A DNA stretch of 43,933 bases, from NCBI RefSeq assembly GCF_001194135.2, contig NC_068982.1:154706362-154750294 (forward strand), in the 5' to 3' direction. This document shows positions 37,996 to 43,933 of this stretch, in pieces; within the stretch, counting starts at the first letter, position 1; every line of letters begins with the position of its first letter. The translations under genes and the position numbers were made by a program. Source of the DNA: Octopus bimaculoides (lineage: Eukaryota). Below the pieces are notes generated by a model. The model ran no database searches, was not told where the DNA came from, and saw only the letters and a program-made list of their open reading frames with translations.

Positions 37996-38849
37996 AGTTT
38001 CATCAACTTCAAATATATATATATATAGTGCACACGCTCGCGCGCATACACACACATATACATATGTATGTAAACGTGCGAGTGCGCGCGCGCGCGTGTG
38101 TGTAGGAGTGTGCGTGCGTGTTTGTGTATGTGTGAGTGTGTGTCTGCCTATTGTGGTTGATTATGTCGAAATAGGTCACATTTCAGTGGCACCTTGTCTT
38201 CTGATGGTCTAATATCACACTTAATTGCGGAAAATTGATACACACACCCCGATTTCTCTTTAAACTTCATAATCCTTCCGTTATGCTCTTTTTCCAGCCC
38301 ACTTCACAGAGAAAGCCATAAGAACTGTTTTCAATGCCTTCTGCATTGACATTAAGTTTGAAATAGAACATCCGATATGTTTGACTTCAGTCGGTTTCTA
38401 CGAGAAAGATCGAAAGGCATCTTTCTACCCTTAGAGTCCGCGAATTTACAGAGCCTAGACTAATGTGTGATAGCGAACGAACTGGCTCTATGTATAGTCA
38501 CATGCGATGTGGTTGAGCAGGAGGGACCCACATGTAAAATTTCAAATATGGGATGCACATGGTGTTTAATGAGGCAGTTGTTATCCTCTAGAGAGATACC
38601 ATCCAGAAAACCACCTGGTAGTGATGTCAATTAGTCCCACAATAGCAGAGTGAAAAAAGAATAATTGGTTCTATGTTTGCCTTAGTATACGAGAAGAAAA
38701 ATGAAATATAGGTCGAAGAGCTACCTTAAGATGTCTGACAGACTATGAAGACAAAATTTCTCTGTAACCTTACAACAAGCAACAACAACACTGCTGACTC
38801 AATAACTGTTCGATCTAAGCAGAAAGCATCAGACATCAGACAAAACTGT

Positions 38850-39203
38850 AGTTGGGTAATATTATGATGTCACAGTGGTTTTGTCATTTTGGTAACACTT
38901 ATAGAAAATCAACAAAAGGGGATTAGTACAGCAGAATAATAGTTGCTACTACAAACCAACACTGCAAATTATATGTCGCAAACAACTGAGGAGGAATACT
39001 GGGGGAAAACATAATGAAACAGAGAATCTGGGGATTCCAGAAGTACCACAGTGACTCTGAATCGAAGTGGTGAATTAGATTCGTAGAGTTGCATTGGCAA
39101 TAAGATTTATGTGCGTCACGTTTCTGTCTATCACTTGATATTAATTTATCAGTCCGTCTGAATACGTGTTTTCACTCGAAAGCACTAACAGTGTAAAATA
39201 TAT

Positions 39204-39251
<48 letters not shown>

Positions 39252-40030
39252 AAGCACAAGCATGCACGAACTTATCTATATATGTATGTATATTACGAGC
39301 TTATGCAAGCTATAGAAATAATTCAACTCAGACCTACAAACGTGATTGGCAATTATACTACACTCACTACCTACCACTAACTATATCGGTTGTTACAATT
39401 TTTGTGACTAAATGAATTGGGTTGCTTGAGAATCAAGTGTATTCAAACTACAGACACACACATTGCAATACCAGTGACCGAAAACTATCCACTAAATATC
39501 TCGACTGGTGGTGCAACACGCTTCCTAATTGGCTAAATTTATACAGTAAAGTGAAAATCTCTTTACAACGATCAGTACTGGCATCGGAGAGCAAACAACC
39601 ACATGGGACACAGAAATTATTCCTGGTCAGTGATACACCTCCTGTGTAACCTTACATTAATCTTCCTTTAATTTTTATAAAACTGAGCATCGATACCTCA
39701 GAGCAATATTTACCAATATAAATAAAGGAACACGACACGGCTTCAGGAGGGATCGTCTTAATCTGCTAGACATAGCACCTGAAGTTCTTTCAGATGACAT
39801 TCTACAATCTTTATTTAAAAGGAGACACTGGATTATGTGTGGCTGAGGTACAACACGAGTATCTCAGGAAAAATAAGACGGGATCGTCATGGTATGAATG
39901 CCTTCGATTACAAGTTTGTACGTTAAGAGTCGACTTAGGGTTTAAAAAATACGACAGCATGGATAATGTAGTTCGATTTACATTAAGTGTGAAAGAAGAG
40001 ATGTTCACGGTTGGACTTCATTTGTTCGTA
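38850..40030 (+). mobile_element. Possible very old non-LTR RT remnant (R4- or RTE-like)
   Basis: Scattered weak motifs (EEEYWG..KHNE, KLFLVSDTPP, LLDIAPEVLSDDI) in plausible order, with many stops. Confidence 0.3.
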
Positions 40031-40507
40031 GATCTGTTCATTCAGGATTGACCTATGGCTATGTAGTAACTGCACAGCAGCAGTAACAATAACAATAACA
40101 ATAAAAGAAACCAGGGAGAATCTTTAGTCAGAAAGACAGTTAATCTTTGTCCTTGTATATGAACAGAGGAAGGTATTGTTTACGTATAGTTATGGTATAA
40201 TACAGGTTAACTGTGCAGATGAGAAAGTAGGAGAGGAAATGGGTGGACATGGGTGGGTGAGGAAGTGCGTAAGATAGTCGGGTAGATAGAAAAATTAAAA
40301 GAAAAGTGCGTTGGCAAAAATAAAGAATATTTAAAGATTAATAAAAGATCTCAACTAGAACCAATTTTTATTGATATTAATTGTTAAACGGAGATTATGA
40401 CAGGTGGCGACAGCTGGTGTCAACAATTCTGAAGTAATAATAGATATCTAGTTGAAACACATAGATACATATGTGCGCACATACACATGCACGCGCGCGC
40501 ACACACG

Positions 40508-40615
<108 letters not shown>

Positions 40616-40805
40616 CACGCATACACAAAAGTTTATATATACATACAACCACAGAAACACGTTCACCCACATGCACACACAGAATATAAAACAAGCAGAC
40701 ATGTGTATGTGTTTATATGTATATGCATATAGCTATACAAATTAATGTGTGTATGTGTGTGTGTGTGCACATATTTGCAAATTACTCACATACACACATA
40801 TGTCT

Positions 40806-40860
<55 letters not shown>

Positions 40861-40999
40861 CATACACACGCATGTCTAGAGCCTATCATTCTTCTTGTTT
40901 TACGAGAATTTCCTGCATTCATGCATTTCGCAGAAACTACCTGTATGTTTCGACATCCAACTAGATTTACAATATCTTAACACATTTTGCTGTTCCTTT

Positions 41000-41640
41000 C
41001 GTGAATGGCAAAACATTCTTTAATCGTCGATTCAGGCTGTCATTCGACTCATAACAAAGTATGTTATAAACGGTTGCCGTTTTAATGTGCAAACAAGGCT
41101 TGCTTTTTTATGCATCACCATTCTAGTTGTGTGTAGAGTTGAAGTCAAAAACGTTTCTAACATTTGATATGTTTGAGAAGAATGGACAAATCCTTTTTTA
41201 TTTCTTAAATTTTCCATACAGTGTTCTGTTTTCTCTTTGTTTCTTTTTATGGACACAATATTTTGGTAATGACACCGTTTCAGATGTTTTCAATAGAAGA
41301 AATATTTTATATGAATATCCTTCCAACGCTAGAGTGAAGGTGGCAAACGATACTTCTCACATTATATATCCACCATCACCCCATATTGGACAAGAAAATT
41401 GATCATCGTGCATACATTGTTGTCACCTATTGGCCGATTCCCAGACAAACAATTTATCCAGGAAAGTTCAGTATATGCCATTTGTATAATCATTTCCTCC
41501 TTACGAATCACCTGGCGGATAGCAGCAGTGATTTCACCACCAAAGTGCAGCAGCTTAAGAAAGCACATTTTGTCGTAGAAGGCGTGAATGTTTTGAGAGC
41601 TTATTACAATATCAGGTAAAGTATGCTGGACAGTCGTAAA
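41000..41640 (-). mobile_element. RTE-like LINE, RT domains 0-3, decayed
   Basis: Minus: FLKLLHFGGEITAAIRQVIRKEEM..CLSGNRPIG..NLRNKKGFVHS..YQMLETF (cf. ELLK.GGE..IW..E, C.NYRPISL, D..KAFDSV..LW.ML). Confidence 0.5.
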
Positions 41641-41974
41641 TTCCATATATAATTTCATGTTTAAGAAGCTCACACGAATCTAAAGCAAACACTACTACAC
41701 CAATTCGTTCAACCAGAATCATTTTGACAACTATTACAAATCTAGTTTGGAAATAAGTGGTGATTGATAACATGAAGGGCATCTGGTCGTAGAAAACTGC
41801 CCCAACATACTCTCATCTGACACATTCAGCTTCGTTCAACAGAAAACTAGTACCAGCTAACAGCTGATGCCGCCTTCTCCCCCCGCCCCCAGCTGTTATA
41901 TCCAAGATGTTCCCCTAGGTCATACATGGAAGGTCCGAGAAGGTGTCTCTCTCTGCTTCCAACTGGCAGTTACG

Positions 41975-42039
<65 letters not shown>

Positions 42040-42049
42040 NNNNNNNNNN

Positions 42050-42096
<47 letters not shown>

Positions 42097-42157
42097 TGTA
42101 TATGTATATGGATATTTGTTTGAAATTGGTCATTCAAAAGACTGATGGATTTTACTC

Positions 42158-42493
42158 ACAAGGTTATTGGAATCTTATATGTATACCATTCTGCCTAAAC
42201 AATGGATTTACAAATACAATATCCCTACATTCACTCTCTATTTCCTATCTTAACTAAACTAACTATTGCTTAATCATCCTCTCAGACCGTCTCCGATGAA
42301 GGGATATAATAAATATCCTTGAAACAGCTGTAAGACCTATTTATAAATGTTCTAAAATATACACAGCCTTGGTTTTTTGTCTCATTATGAAAAGTAAATC
42401 CTTATATTCACACGCTGATATATGACCTATGTTGGACCCCTTATTCGCATAATCACCGAACCTGGAGCTTAACTATGGTCTATTCTTAGCACT
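42158..42493 (+). mobile_element. Non-coding repeat family carrying a hammerhead motif, copy 2 (truncated by N-gap)
   Basis: Homologous to the reverse complement of 26525-26951. Confidence 0.75.
42289..42336 (+). ncRNA. Minimal type I hammerhead ribozyme motif, intact fold
   Basis: GTCT | CCGATGA | AGGGATAT-AATAA-ATATCCTT | GAAA | CAGCTG | TA | AGAC: helix I 4 bp, helix II 8 bp (one G-U), palindromic ACAGCTGT helix III, GUA cleavage triplet. Confidence 0.7.
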
Positions 42494-42838
42494 NNNNNNN
42501 NNNNNNNNNNNNNNNNNNNNNNNNNNNNNNNNNNNNNNNNNNNNNNNNNNNNNNNNNNNNNNNNNNNNNNNNNNNNNNNNNNNNNNNNNNNNNNNNNNNN
42601 NNNNNNNNNNNNNNNNNNNNNNNNNNNNNNNNNNNNNNNNNNNNNNNNNNNNNNNNNNNNNNNNNNNNNNNNNNNNNNNNNNNNNNNNNNNNNNNNNNNN
42701 NNNNNNNNNNNNNNNNNNNNNNNNNNNNNNNNNNNNNNNNNNNNNNNNNNNNNNNNNNNNNNNNNNNNNNNNNNNNNNNNTATAAGAATATAAATCATAT
42801 AGCAAAGCAGAACCTGCTTGAATACGCGCGCACGCACG

Positions 42839-42873
<35 letters not shown>

Positions 42874-42986
42874 TATCGAGTTTGAAAACAGAGAGATCTA
42901 ATGGATACAAATTAATTTATTATTTAACATATTCTCCAATAATTGCTTCATCTCACAAACAAAATTAAAATTACAAAACATATATA

Positions 42987-43352
42987 ACAACAAGAGCACT
43001 CAGAGAGCGCAACCCTCCGCCAAGGCAACACCAACGTCCTCTCAACGATTAGCCGGAGATGACTTTTAAAATGAGAATATCTGAAATAAACTCGACAGCT
43101 CTCACAAACGAGGATATAAAAATGATCCCGATCGCTTTCAAAAATTAAGTAACAAAACGGGAAAAATAACCCAGAATCCTTGTCTGGTACTGGATCGATC
43201 CCAAAATCTAAACAGTTCGTACTAGTCCCAAGGTCAAACATCCCTGAAAGTTTCGTCAAAATCCATCCAACGGTTCTTGAGATATCTTGTCCACGGACAA
43301 ACAAACAAACACGACTGAAAACAATACCACCTCCTTCGCTAAGGCAGAAATA
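42987..43352 (+). mobile_element. Non-autonomous Helentron-type (HINE/DINE-1-like) rolling-circle element
   Basis: Subterminal CCTCCGCCAAGG near the 5' end, internal (CAAA)n, decayed 3' stem-loop CCTCCTTCGCTAAGGCAGAA; A/T-rich flanks. Confidence 0.6.
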
Positions 43353-43577
43353 AATATATAATTTTACATTTTAAATATCTTGTATAGAAAACTTTCCGGG
43401 TGTACAAAGGGCAATACAAGGATTACATTAAGATACGTTTGGAATACTCCGAATATACCGACATGTCTATATATTCTGATTATTTCAAACGTATCTTAAT
43501 GTAATCCTTGTATTGTCCTTTCTACACCTTGTTGATTTTCCATACAAGGTATTTAAAATGCAAAATTATATATTTAT
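43350..43577. repeat. ~228-bp foldback (long inverted repeat; MITE-like)
   Basis: Arms of ~95 bp: AAATATATAATTTTACATTTTAAATA..CAATACAAGGATTACATTAAGATACGTTTG and its near-exact reverse complement; short partly paired spacer. Confidence 0.9.
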
Positions 43578-43933
43578 ATATGTCTTTTGATTTTGATTTT
43601 GTTTGTGAAATGAAACAATTGTAGGCGAATATGTTAATTAATTAATTAATAAATTAATTTGTATCCTTTATATCACACTGTTTTATAACTGGATAATAAT
43701 GTTTTATATTTTCCGATATTTTATGTAATATATGCATTGAAGAAATATCTCTTCAAAATATAATATATTAAACCAGTGTATCTTGGATAAAATATCCTTA
43801 TAAGAGGTTTAAATATCCTCATGTAACTATATATGTGTGTGTGTGTATGTATATGTATATATTTATATATATATACATATATATATTTATGTATGTATGT
43901 ATGTATGTATGCATATATATATATATATATATA

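Noticed and set aside
41386-41619. Plus-strand ORF ending at a CAG|GTAAAG donor
   Set aside because: The opposite strand carries ordered RTE-like RT motifs, which explains the sequence better.

Overview
This is a eukaryotic, AT-rich, microsatellite-saturated scaffold window with 15 N-gaps, almost all abutting simple repeats, as expected from a short-read assembly. The SINE families and (CA)n/(TA)n/(GATA)n/(CATA)n load look like a coleoid cephalopod, most likely Octopus; this is recognition from memory, not a database result. I can assign no host protein-coding gene with confidence, and most ORF-track entries are microsatellite or N-gap artefacts. The interpretable content is a transposon graveyard: four R4/Dong-type (RLE) non-LTR fragments, a decayed Gypsy gag-pol, fragments of Tx1/L1, Ingi/I-group, CR1/L2 and RTE LINEs, many tRNA-derived SINEs (nested, tandem and inverted), a Helentron-type non-autonomous element and a ~228 bp foldback. 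The most interesting signal is a ~350-430 bp non-coding repeat family present twice in opposite orientation (26525-26951 minus, 42158-42493 plus). It carries a minimal type I hammerhead ribozyme fold with a CCGAUGA core variant and a palindromic helix III, resembling Penelope-associated or retrozyme-like elements. A third, more decayed hammerhead-like motif of different sequence sits at 37952-37995. All protein-family calls come from by-eye translation and motif recall.
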